Shown here piece by piece: positions 38,572 through 49,288 of a DNA stretch of 64,000 bases; position 1 is the first letter of the stretch, and each line of letters starts with the position of its first letter. Origin of the DNA: Steroidobacteraceae bacterium (GTDB lineage: Bacteria > Pseudomonadota > Gammaproteobacteria > Steroidobacterales > Steroidobacteraceae). The notes beneath the pieces were generated by a model. The model searched no databases and was not told the DNA's origin. It saw only the letters and a list, made by a program, of their open reading frames with translations. The stretch spans positions 10,792 to 74,791 of the forward strand of contig DATKOP010000044.1 in assembly GCA_035524595.1 (NCBI GenBank). The letters are read 5' to 3'. The position numbers and the translations under genes were made by a program.

Positions 38572-39521
38572 AAGTTCCTCCCGAGGTCCATGCCGCGGTA
38601 CAGGTCCGCGACCTCGCGCGCGTAGCCGTTGAACGGCTGGGTCGGCTGGCGCGGCGCGAACACGCCGGCGCCGATGCGCCGCTCGGTCTTCTGGCTCCAG
38701 CGCGGATGGTCCACCGCCGGGTTGACGTTGGCGTAGAAGCCGTACTCCCCGGGCGCCGCGCGGTTCCAGCTCGTGGCCGGCATGCGCTCGGTGAAGTCGA
38801 TGCGCACGATCGCCTTGATGCTCTTGAAGCCGTACTTCCACGGCACCACGAGCCGCAGCGGCGCGCCGTTCTGGTTCGGCAGCACCCGGCCGTAGAGCCC
38901 GACCGCGAGCAGCGCGAGCGGGTGCATCGCCTCGTCGATCCGCAGGCCCTCGGCGTATGGCCAGTCGAGCACCGGCCAGCGCTGGCCGGGCATCTGCGCG
39001 GGATCGCGCAGCGTCGTGAAGGCGACGTAGCGCGCCTTCGAGGTCGGCCGGAAGCGCTTCAGCACCTCGCCGAGCGGCACGCCGACCCACGGGATCACCA
39101 TCGACCAGGCCTCGACGCAGCGCAGGCGGTAGACGCGCTCCTCGAGCGCGTGCGGCTTCAGCAGCTCCTCGAGCGGCACGCTGCCCTTCGCCTCGCACTC
39201 GCCGCCGATCGCGACGGACCAGGGCTGCACGCGCAGCCGGCCGGCGTTGGCCGCCGGGTCGGCCTTGTCGGTGCCGAACTCGTAGTAGTTGTTGTAGCCG
39301 GTCACGTCCTCCCAGGAGTTCGCCGCCTCGCTGGTGCTGAGGTCGGCGTTGCGGCGAAAGCTGAGGGCGGTGCCGGTCGGGCCGGTGGTCCCGAGCGCGG
39401 CCGGGGCGGCCGTCGCGGCGGCGAGCGCGAGGGCGCCGCCGAGGAAGCGCCGCCGCCCGGCATAGACCTCGGGCGGCGTGATCTCGGACGGGCGGATGGC
39501 GGCTGGGCGGCGTAGCAGCAT
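38568..39521 (-). CDS. msrP: protein-methionine-sulfoxide reductase catalytic (molybdopterin) subunit MsrP (YedY)
   Basis: ATG 39521. Tat signal '[23 protein letters not shown]'. '[11 protein letters not shown]', '[19 protein letters not shown]', '[13 protein letters not shown]'. Confidence 0.9.
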   Translation of the reverse strand: MLLRRPAAIRPSEITPPEVYAGRRRFLGGALALAAATAAPAALGTTGPTGTALSFRRNADLSTSEAANSWEDVTGYNNYYEFGTDKADPAANAGRLRVQPWSVAIGGECEAKGSVPLEELLKPHALEERVYRLRCVEAWSMVIPWVGVPLGEVLKRFRPTSKARYVAFTTLRDPAQMPGQRWPVLDWPYAEGLRIDEAMHPLALLAVGLYGRVLPNQNGAPLRLVVPWKYGFKSIKAIVRIDFTERMPATSWNRAAPGEYGFYANVNPAVDHPRWSQKTERRIGAGVFAPRQPTQPFNGYAREVADLYRGMDLGRNF

Positions 39522-39629
39522 GGGCGGCTCCGAAAGCGGGCGGGGCGGCGGACGCCCGCTGGCGCCCGGCCACACTCTCAATCAGACCGGGCGGGACGCC
39601 CGAAAATTTCCGGCGCCCCGGCGGGGAGG

Positions 39630-39971
39630 CTAGCGCGGCCGGCGGCGGCGCCCGGCCGCGCCGGCGGCGCGCGGTGCAGGCTGCGGGCGGATGGCGAGGC
39701 GCAGGCCGAACGCGCGCAGCACGGTCGCGACGGTGCGCATCTCGGGATTCCCGGCCGGCGACAGCACCTTGTAGAGGAAGGTGCGATTCAGGCCGGTGGC
39801 GGCGGCGAGGCGGCCGACGCCGCCCGCGCGGCGCGCCAGCGCGCGCAGCGCATCGAGCACCTCCGCGTCAGCCGCGCGCTCGAGCAGGCCGTCGAGCTCG
39901 CGCGCGATCGATGCGAGTTCCGCCGGCGCGAACGGCGGGCTGGACGTGCGGCTGGCGGGCGTCTTCTTCAT
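39630..39971 (-). CDS. HigA/'addiction-module antidote'-type HTH DNA-binding protein (no cognate toxin gene)
   Basis: 113 aa. 'LDALRALARRAGGVGRLAAATGLNRTFLYKVLSPAGNPEMRTVATVLRAFGLRLAI' matches the antidote-protein HTH pattern. Its ATG overlaps the stop of the upstream membrane-protein gene (ATGA). Confidence 0.65.
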   Translation of the reverse strand: MKKTPASRTSSPPFAPAELASIARELDGLLERAADAEVLDALRALARRAGGVGRLAAATGLNRTFLYKVLSPAGNPEMRTVATVLRAFGLRLAIRPQPAPRAAGAAGRRRRPR

Positions 39972-40573
39972 CAGTGGATGCGCCCCGGCGCCTGCGGCTG
40001 ATCGCGGCCGCCGTCGGCCGGCTGCGGTGCGGCGGGCCGGGGACGGGACGCGGGCTGGCGGCGGCGGCTGCGTTCCTCGCCGCGGCCGCGGCCGATCGCG
40101 ACGTGCGCGACCACGAGCACGACCGCGCCGACGCCGATCAGCCAGTGCGTGAGGCTGATCAGCGGGCGCGCCTGCTCGCCGCCGAAGTAGTAGAGCGCGT
40201 AGCCGCTGCCGGCCAGCAGCGCCAGCGCCGTCGCGAGCGTGACGCCCGAGGCGCGGTTGCGACCGAAGGGCCAGGCGCGGCTGACGTGCGTCGTGAGCAG
40301 GGAGCCGAGCGCGACCAGGCTCAGCATGGCGGCGAGGCCGTGCAGCCGCAGCCACCAGGACTCGAGCGGGTGCGGGCCCTCGCCCCATTCGGTCGCGACG
40401 CGCACGAAGTAGTGGAACACGAGCCACAGCGCGCCGCTCGCCGCGAGCAGGCCGAACGCCGCGAAGACGAAGCGCCGCTGCCAGCGCTCGAGCCGGACCG
40501 GGGCGCCGCCGGCCGGCGGTGGCGCAGGACGGCGCCCGGCATGGCCGCGACGCGCGGCGTGGCGCCCGCTCAT
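39971..40573 (-). CDS. four-TM, histidine-rich membrane protein (DUF4405 / cytochrome b-like electron conduit, inferred)
   Basis: 200 aa. Four hydrophobic helices with His in TM1 (VFHYF), TM2 (LRLHG...TTHV) and TM4 (LTHW...VAHV). ATGA overlaps on both sides. Confidence 0.55.
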   Translation of the reverse strand: MSGRHAARRGHAGRRPAPPPAGGAPVRLERWQRRFVFAAFGLLAASGALWLVFHYFVRVATEWGEGPHPLESWWLRLHGLAAMLSLVALGSLLTTHVSRAWPFGRNRASGVTLATALALLAGSGYALYYFGGEQARPLISLTHWLIGVGAVVLVVAHVAIGRGRGEERSRRRQPASRPRPAAPQPADGGRDQPQAPGRIH

Positions 40574-41448
40574 GGCCGCACCCGCCGGTCGCGGCCGGCC
40601 GCGACGACCCGGGCGGCGGCGCCGAACGCGGCCAGCGCCGGGTGGCGCTCGTCGCCGCTCACGGCGACCACCTTGGTGAGCGCGTCCGCGGTCGCGCAGT
40701 CCGGTGCGACGACGCTGACGCTGAGGCCCTCGCCGCAGCAGGCGCCGCTCGTCGGGTCGATGCAGGCCGTCATCGCTGCTCCAGTCTCGGCACCGGGCTG
40801 CCGGTCGGGATAGTGGGCCGAGGTCGCGAGCGCCGCATCGTGGAGAGTCACGAGCGGCACGACCCGTGCCGGGTCCGCGGGCAGGCGCACGCGGATGGTC
40901 TCGGCGCATGCGCCGAAAACGCGCAGGTCGCCGCCGGCGTTGACCGTCGCCGCGGCGACGCCGTGGTCCCGCAGCGCCTCCAGCGCCCGGTCGACCGCGA
41001 AGCCCTTGGCGATGCCGCCGAGGTCGAGGAGCAGCGGCCCGCGGTAGCGGACCCGGCCGCCCTCGAGCAGCTGGAGGCGCTCGCGACTGCCGCCGTCGCC
41101 CGGCGGTCCCGCCGGCGTCGCGACGCCGGGCGGCGCGGGCAGCCGGCCGGCGCGCACCAGCGCCGGGGCCACCGCGCAGTCGAAGGCGCCGGCCGAGGCG
41201 GCCGCGACCTCGAGCGCGCGGCTGAGCACCGCGTAGGTCCACGGCGAGACCGCGACCGGCGCGCGCGCCGCGCCGCGGTTGAGCGCGCTCAGCTCGCTCG
41301 CCGGATCGTGAAAGCTCATCAGCGCCTGCACGCGCGCGACGGCGGCGAAGGCGGCGTCGCAGGCGGCGTGCGCGTCGGTACAGGCGCCGCCGTCCCTGAT
41401 GCGGATCGCGACCAGCGTGCCGAGCCAGGGTTGTGCGCGCGCCAGCAT
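40570..41448 (-). CDS. apbE: FAD:protein FMN transferase (ApbE family)
   Basis: 'FHDPASELSALN', 'LLLDLGGIAKGFAVDRALEAL', 'VNAGGDLRVFG'. Confidence 0.85.
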   Translation of the reverse strand: MLARAQPWLGTLVAIRIRDGGACTDAHAACDAAFAAVARVQALMSFHDPASELSALNRGAARAPVAVSPWTYAVLSRALEVAAASAGAFDCAVAPALVRAGRLPAPPGVATPAGPPGDGGSRERLQLLEGGRVRYRGPLLLDLGGIAKGFAVDRALEALRDHGVAAATVNAGGDLRVFGACAETIRVRLPADPARVVPLVTLHDAALATSAHYPDRQPGAETGAAMTACIDPTSGACCGEGLSVSVVAPDCATADALTKVVAVSGDERHPALAAFGAAARVVAAGRDRRVRP

Positions 41449-41449
41449 C

Positions 41450-41962
41450 TCAGTCCCTGAGCGCGACCGCGTACAGCGCGAGGATGCGGTTGACGCCGTC
41501 GGTGACGTGGCTGCACGACAGCGTCGCGCCGCTGATGTTCTGGATGTCGCGGTTGATGCCGAGCGCGGTGCGCTTGCCGACGAACTGCCGCCGCCAGCGC
41601 TCGTTGCGGATCTCGTAACCGTAGGATTCGCGGTAGGTCAGGATCTCGAGCTGGCGGACGCTGCCGTCGGCGTTCAGCCCGACCGCGTAGCTGATCAGCT
41701 CGTGCTTGCCGAGAACCTCGTCGACGACGAAGAAGCCGCCGCCCGCCACGCGCCAGACGTGCCAGGGGCGCGGCGGCGCCATGCCGCCGAGCGCGCGCGC
41801 GAGCTCCGCCTGCTGGGCGGCGCTGAGCGCCACCGGCAGCGCGGTCAGGGTCGCGCCCGGGAACATCAGCTGCTGCGCCTGCTCGACCGACAGGTAGGTC
41901 GTCGCGTAGACCGAGGTCGACACCGCGGCGACCGGCAGCCAGACCCAGGACGCGGGGCGCAC
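41450..41962 (-). CDS. periplasmic FMN_bind-domain protein (ApbE substrate type)
   Basis: Signal peptide MRPASWVWLPVAAVSTSVYA. 'INRDIQNISGATLSCSHVT' contains the [S/T]GA[T/S] flavinylation motif of NqrC/RnfG/PplA-type domains. Confidence 0.75.
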   Translation of the reverse strand: MRPASWVWLPVAAVSTSVYATTYLSVEQAQQLMFPGATLTALPVALSAAQQAELARALGGMAPPRPWHVWRVAGGGFFVVDEVLGKHELISYAVGLNADGSVRQLEILTYRESYGYEIRNERWRRQFVGKRTALGINRDIQNISGATLSCSHVTDGVNRILALYAVALRD

Positions 41963-41965
41963 CGC

Positions 41966-43279
41966 TCAACCCGCCACGCCGCGCAGCGCGGCGAAGACGC
42001 CGAAGCCCGCGGTCAGGAGGATCGTCAGCCCCACCAGCGCGGCGTAGCGGCCGCCGAGGCGGTGCGGCGGCGGCAGGCGCCGCGCCAGCAGGTACAGGAA
42101 GCCGAGCACGATCGGCAGCAACAGCGCGTTCATGACCTGCACCGCGACGCTGAGCTCGACGAGGTTGACGCCGGAGGTCACCAAGAGCGCGCCGGCCGCG
42201 AGCGCGGCGGTGTAGATCCCGTAGAACCACGGCGCCTCGCGCGGCGCGTGCGCCAGCGAGTGCTTGACCCCGAGCACCTCGCCGAGCGTGCGCGCGGCGG
42301 TCAGCGTGACGACGATGGTCGCGACCAGCGCCGAGCCGGTCATGCCGAGGGCGAACAGCACGCGGCCGGTGCGCTCGCCGAGGAAGGGCGTGATCGCCTC
42401 GGCGATCTGCTGCACGGTGTCGAGCGCGGCGCGGCGGCCGCCGCCGAGCGTCGCGGCGGTCGCGACCAGCACGCCCGCCATGATCACCTGCGTGACCACC
42501 GCGCCGACGGCGGTGTCCCAGCGCGCGGCGCGCAGGTCCGCGACCGTCAGCCCCTTCTCGACGACGGCCGACTGCTGGTAGAAGACCATCCACGGCATCA
42601 CCACGGCGCCGATGTTCGCGGCGACCAGGTACAGGTACCCGGGCTCGCGCCAGGGCACGCTGCCGAGGCCCGCCGCCATCGCCGCGGGGTCCGGCTGCGC
42701 CTGCCAGGCGACCACCAGGAACACGAGCTCGAAGGCGCCGATCGCCATCGCGATGCGCTCCACCGAGAGGTAGGAGCCGGTGTAGGCCATCAGCGTCAGG
42801 CCGCCGACCACGACCGCCATCGTCAGCCACGCCGGCACGCCGAACAGCAGCCCGACGCCGGCGAGCCCGCTCAGCTCGCTGAGCAGCGCGCCGACGCAGG
42901 CGAGCACCAGCGTCGCGACCGAGAGCCAGGCCCAGCCGCGGCCGAAGTGCAGCCGGATCAGCTCGCCGTGGCCCCGGCCCGAGACCACCCCGAGCCTGAC
43001 CGTCAGCTCCTGCACGACGTACAGGATCGGCACCAGCACGAGCTGCAGCAGCAGCAGCCGGTAGCCCCACTGCGCGCCGCTCTGCGCGGCCGTGATGATG
43101 CTGCCGGCGTCGGTGTCGGCCAGCATCACGACGATGCCCGGCCCGGCCACGAGCGCGAAGCGGCGGGCGCGCGCGCCGAGCGACGGCATCAGCGACGGGC
43201 GGCCGGCCGCGGCCGGCACGGCCACCCCGTCCGGCGCGCGGCGAGCGTCGTGCGGTAGTTCAAAAACTGTATCCGACAC
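41966..43279 (-). CDS. NRAMP-family metal transporter, divergent metal-site motifs
   Basis: 11-12 TM permease. 'GPGIVVMLADTDAGSIITAAQSGAQWGY' and 'NIGAVVMPWMVFYQQS' align with the NRAMP TM1 (DPGN) and TM6 (MPH) regions but read DAGS/MPW. The GTG 43279 start overlaps the porin end; an alternative ATG lies at 43188. Confidence 0.75.
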   Translation of the reverse strand: MSDTVFELPHDARRAPDGVAVPAAAGRPSLMPSLGARARRFALVAGPGIVVMLADTDAGSIITAAQSGAQWGYRLLLLQLVLVPILYVVQELTVRLGVVSGRGHGELIRLHFGRGWAWLSVATLVLACVGALLSELSGLAGVGLLFGVPAWLTMAVVVGGLTLMAYTGSYLSVERIAMAIGAFELVFLVVAWQAQPDPAAMAAGLGSVPWREPGYLYLVAANIGAVVMPWMVFYQQSAVVEKGLTVADLRAARWDTAVGAVVTQVIMAGVLVATAATLGGGRRAALDTVQQIAEAITPFLGERTGRVLFALGMTGSALVATIVVTLTAARTLGEVLGVKHSLAHAPREAPWFYGIYTAALAAGALLVTSGVNLVELSVAVQVMNALLLPIVLGFLYLLARRLPPPHRLGGRYAALVGLTILLTAGFGVFAALRGVAG

Positions 43280-44705
43280 CGAGGTTGAGCCCGTCCTTGC
43301 CGTTGTACGTCTGGTTGCGCTGGTAGTCCACCTTCAGCACCACGCCGCCGCTGATGAACAGGCTCGCGCCGAGCGTCCACACCTTGTCGTCCGGCAGCAC
43401 GACCGCACCGTCGGCGGCCGTCAGGCTGCCGAAGGCGGCCGCGTCGTTGTACTGCTCGTAGCGCAGGAACGGGTCGAGCGCGACGCGGTCGCCGCGCCAC
43501 AGGTGGTAGGCGGCCTGCAGGTAGCCGCCGCGAAACAGCGACGGCACGAGCGTCGGCGACTCGACCGACCCGAGATAGAGCTGGTTGAGCGCCTCGGTGC
43601 GGCTGATCGTGCCGCGGGCGTAGACCGCGGCGAGGTCCCAGCCGGCGACCGTGTAGCGTGCGTGCGCGTCCCACAGGACGAGGCGCGAGTCGTTGCCGGC
43701 GAAGCCCGGCGTCTGCTGCCCGACCTTGCCGCTGAAGAGCGCGGCACCGAGCTGCAGACCCGGCCAGCCCCGCCAGTTGAGCGCGCCGTAGCCGCTGAGA
43801 TCGCGGGCGGCGGCGAACTGGCCCTCGCCGTGAATCGCCTGCAGCGGGCCCTCGTCGCGGCCCTCGGTCGAGGTCGGGTCCCACTTGCTGAGGTTGAAGC
43901 CGGTGGTCAGCCCGACCTCCCAGCTGAGCGCCGCCTCGGTGGTGCCGGACACGCCGAGGCCGACCTCGCGCCAGGTGCTCGGGATCAGGACGCGCTCCAC
44001 CTGGTTGCGGAACACACCGTAGTAGGCGGTCGGCTCGTGGTTCTGGTTGATGAGCCCGAACGGCATCAGGAAGAGGCCGGCCTTGGCGCGCAGCCCGTTG
44101 CGGAACTCGTGCTCGACCCAGAGCTGCTCGACCTCCGCTTCGCCTTGGTCGGAGGCCGAGGTGACCGCGTGCTCCCACTCCCATTCGGCGACCATCTTGG
44201 TGGTGTCGTCGAAGCGGTGCTGCATGCCGATCACCGCCCGCTGCACGTCGGCGGTGGCGCCGGCGGGCGTCTCGGAGGGGCGGTTGTAGCCGATCTCGCC
44301 GTAGCTCGAGACCGTCGTGGTCGCGGCCCAGTCGGCGAGGGCGCTCGATCGGCTCGCCGACTCCGCGACCGCCTGCGCCTGCGCGACCGCCTGCGCCTGC
44401 TGCACGGCCTCGGCGGCCTGGGCGGTCTGCGCGAGCTCGAGGCGCCGCACCTTCGACTCGAGCTCGGCGTTCTGCCGCTCGAGCGCCTCGATCTTCTGCG
44501 CGAGTGATTCGAGGGTCACCGCCGAGGCGCGGGCGGGGGCGGCGGCGACGCTCGCGAGCAGCAGCAGGGCGATCGCGCCGAGGCGCAGCGGATTCGCCGG
44601 CGAGGACGGGCGCAGGATGCGGGCGCCTGAGGCCGGTCGCGGCCCGTCGCAGGCACCGATGGACGCGGACAGGGGCGCGGCGGCGCCGGTGAGACGATTC
44701 CGCAT
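43260..44705 (-). CDS. outer-membrane porin-like beta-barrel with N-terminal coiled coil
   Basis: Signal peptide ...AAPARASA. Coiled-coil 'LESLAQKIEALERQNAELESKVRRLE'. Barrel-type alternating sequence ending 'LNLGVGYSF' (C-terminal Phe). Confidence 0.7.
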   Translation of the reverse strand: MRNRLTGAAAPLSASIGACDGPRPASGARILRPSSPANPLRLGAIALLLLASVAAAPARASAVTLESLAQKIEALERQNAELESKVRRLELAQTAQAAEAVQQAQAVAQAQAVAESASRSSALADWAATTTVSSYGEIGYNRPSETPAGATADVQRAVIGMQHRFDDTTKMVAEWEWEHAVTSASDQGEAEVEQLWVEHEFRNGLRAKAGLFLMPFGLINQNHEPTAYYGVFRNQVERVLIPSTWREVGLGVSGTTEAALSWEVGLTTGFNLSKWDPTSTEGRDEGPLQAIHGEGQFAAARDLSGYGALNWRGWPGLQLGAALFSGKVGQQTPGFAGNDSRLVLWDAHARYTVAGWDLAAVYARGTISRTEALNQLYLGSVESPTLVPSLFRGGYLQAAYHLWRGDRVALDPFLRYEQYNDAAAFGSLTAADGAVVLPDDKVWTLGASLFISGGVVLKVDYQRNQTYNGKDGLNLGVGYSF

Positions 44706-44739
44706 CGAGAACCTCCCTGAAGCCAGTGGGAGGATCTTA

Positions 44740-44758
44740 AATGAGAATGGGTCTCATT
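44740..44758. promoter_or_regulatory. Fur-box-like palindrome upstream of the porin-NRAMP operon
   Basis: AATGAGA-ATGGG-TCTCATT, perfect 7-bp arms, 35-53 nt upstream of the porin ATG in a strikingly AT-rich spacer. Resembles the AT-rich 19-bp Fur/Mur-type operators. Confidence 0.45.
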
Positions 44759-44767
44759 ACCATATGG

Positions 44768-44782
44768 GAATAATACCTATTC
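44768..44782. promoter_or_regulatory. second short palindrome (GAATA-N5-TATTC) in the same leader
   Basis: GAATAATACCTATTC, 10 nt from the first palindrome. Could be a second operator half, or simply promoter AT-richness. Confidence 0.25.
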
Positions 44783-44842
44783 GTATTTGTCATAACGAGC
44801 GCCGGCGAGCCCGGCCGGGCGCCGTTGCCGCGGGGCGCCCGC

Positions 44843-45475
44843 TCAGCGCCAGTCGTCGGTAGCGATCCCGAGCTCGCGGGCCCGCCAGCGGGTCGCGGCG
44901 GAGGCGTTCACGAGGAGCGGGGCGTCGGCGCGCGCGAGGTGGGCGAGGTCCGAGCCGGAGTTGCCGTAGGCGATCAGCCGCGCGCCGGGATGGCGCGCCC
45001 GCAGCGCCTCGAGGCAATGGGTCTTCTCGGCGCCGCGCCGGTTGGGGGTCGCGAGCGCGCCGTCGAGCGCAGCGCCTTGCCACACGACCTCGGTGCAGAT
45101 CACCTCGTCGAAGCCGAGCCGCGCGCCGATCTCGCGCACGTAGAAGTCGGTGCTCGCCGACAGCAGCACCAGCCAGTCGCCCTGGGCACGGTGCCTCTCG
45201 ATCGCGGCGAGCGCCGCGGGCCGCGTCAGGCGCGCGAGGCGCTCATCGAGGAAGGCCCGTGTCAGGCTCGCGACCTCGTCGCGCTCGAGGCCGCCGAGCA
45301 CGGCGCGGATCAGGCGGCTCTTGATGCGGCCGCGGTCGCGGTCGAGGAGGAACCCGCCGACGATCGCCGGCAGCGGCCAGAGCCGCGGCACGCGGCGCGG
45401 GTGGACCCGGAGCGCGTGCACGAGGTACGGCAGCAGCGTGTCGCTCCAGGTGATCGTGCCGTCGAGATCGAACAC
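44843..45475 (-). CDS. HAD-IB family hydrolase (phosphoserine phosphatase-like)
   Basis: 'FDLDGTITWSDT' motif I directly at the N-terminus (GTG start), 'LLSASTDFYV', 'YGNSGSDLAHL'. Confidence 0.8.
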   Translation of the reverse strand: MFDLDGTITWSDTLLPYLVHALRVHPRRVPRLWPLPAIVGGFLLDRDRGRIKSRLIRAVLGGLERDEVASLTRAFLDERLARLTRPAALAAIERHRAQGDWLVLLSASTDFYVREIGARLGFDEVICTEVVWQGAALDGALATPNRRGAEKTHCLEALRARHPGARLIAYGNSGSDLAHLARADAPLLVNASAATRWRARELGIATDDWR

Positions 45476-45531
45476 CGCGACGCCGCGCGCACGCGCGCGC
45501 GGTGCCGGAGCCGGCGGTGGCGGCGGCGTCG

Positions 45532-48219
<2,688 letters not shown>

Positions 48220-48243
48220 GGGTCCTCCGGCGGGAAGCTCGCA

Positions 48244-48249
48244 ATTATA
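48244..48249 (-). promoter_or_regulatory. candidate -10 box (TATAAT) for acnA
   Basis: Perfect TATAAT on the minus strand, 25 nt upstream of the acnA ATG. No convincing -35 element. Confidence 0.35.
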
Positions 48250-48402
48250 GGCGCTCCCGGCCGGTGCCGGACTGTCGGCGTCCCCGGATGCGGCCGGCGC
48301 CGCGGCGCCCGCGCGATTGGCGGGCGGGCCGCCCGGCCGCGTAGGATCGTGCCGCCCGTCCTGCCCGTCCCGTCCATCGCCGTCGCCGGCGCGAGGTCAC
48401 GC

Positions 48403-49278
48403 ATGCGCATCGTCCCGAGCCCGCTCGCCGTCCTCGCGCTCGTCCTGGCCGCGGCGCCCGCCCTGGCGTCACCGCCGGTGCCGGCGGCGATCTACACCGA
48501 CCCGCCCGCGGACCGCGCCCACCCGGCGGCGATGACGGTGCTGCACATCCCCTCGCACGGACTGCTGATCAACGGCATCGTCTACTCGCCGCCCGGCGCC
48601 GGCCCGCACCCGACGCTCGTCATCTGCCACGGCCTGCCGGGCAACGAGAAGAACCTCGATCTCGCGCAGGCGGTGCGCCGCGCCGGCTGGAACGCGGTGA
48701 CCTTCAACTACCGCGGCTCGTGGGGCAGCCCGGGCGTGTTCCGCTTCGCGCAGAACCCCGAGGACGCCGCCGCGGTGCTCGCCTACCTGCGCGAGCCCGG
48801 CAACGCCACGCGGCTCGGCGTCGATCCCGCGCGCATCGTGCTCGCCGGCCACAGCATGGGCGGCTGGGTGACGGCGCTGACCGCGGCCCGCGATCACGGC
48901 CTCAGGGGCGCGGTGCTGATCTCGGCCGCGGACCTCGGCCGCATCGACGAGCGCGGCCACGCCGCGGCGGTCGCGGCGATGGCGGACGACATGGAGAGCC
49001 TCGCGGGCGTCAGCGCCGAGAGCATGGCCGACGAGCTGCACGCGCACGCGCAGGAGTTCCGGCTCGCCGGCGCCGCCGCCGGCCTCGCGCCGCTGCCGCT
49101 GCTGGCGCTGACCTCGGACGACGGCCTCGCCGCGCACACCGACGCGCTGGTCGCCGCGATCCGCGCCGCCGGCGGCACCCGCGTGACCAGCGAGCACGCC
49201 GCCACCGACCACGGCTGGTCGGATCACCGCATCGCGCTCGAGAGCACGATCCTGAGGTGGCTCGCGGCGCTGCGCTGA
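48403..49278 (+). CDS. secreted alpha/beta hydrolase (dienelactone hydrolase / prolyl oligopeptidase-like)
   Basis: ATG 48403. Signal peptide MRIVPSPLAVLALVLAAAPALA. Nucleophile elbow 'LAGHSMGGW'. The upstream 2.9 kb of the track ORF is antisense shadow over acnA. Confidence 0.8.
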   Translation: MRIVPSPLAVLALVLAAAPALASPPVPAAIYTDPPADRAHPAAMTVLHIPSHGLLINGIVYSPPGAGPHPTLVICHGLPGNEKNLDLAQAVRRAGWNAVTFNYRGSWGSPGVFRFAQNPEDAAAVLAYLREPGNATRLGVDPARIVLAGHSMGGWVTALTAARDHGLRGAVLISAADLGRIDERGHAAAVAAMADDMESLAGVSAESMADELHAHAQEFRLAGAAAGLAPLPLLALTSDDGLAAHTDALVAAIRAAGGTRVTSEHAATDHGWSDHRIALESTILRWLAALR

Positions 49279-49288
49279 GCAGGCGCGC

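Noticed and set aside
39972-40573. Search for a RelE/ParE/HigB-like toxin partner upstream of the antidote-type HTH gene
   Set aside because: The upstream coding capacity is fully used by a 200-aa four-TM protein with no toxin-like features. No ~90-110-aa basic ORF with toxin motifs was seen in any frame.
43280-44705. Mn2+ (yybP-ykoY-type) riboswitch in front of the NRAMP gene
   Set aside because: The NRAMP start lies inside the 3' end of the porin gene, so there is no untranslated leader. The operon leader at 44706-44842 is short, AT-rich and lacks the GC-rich four-way junction features.
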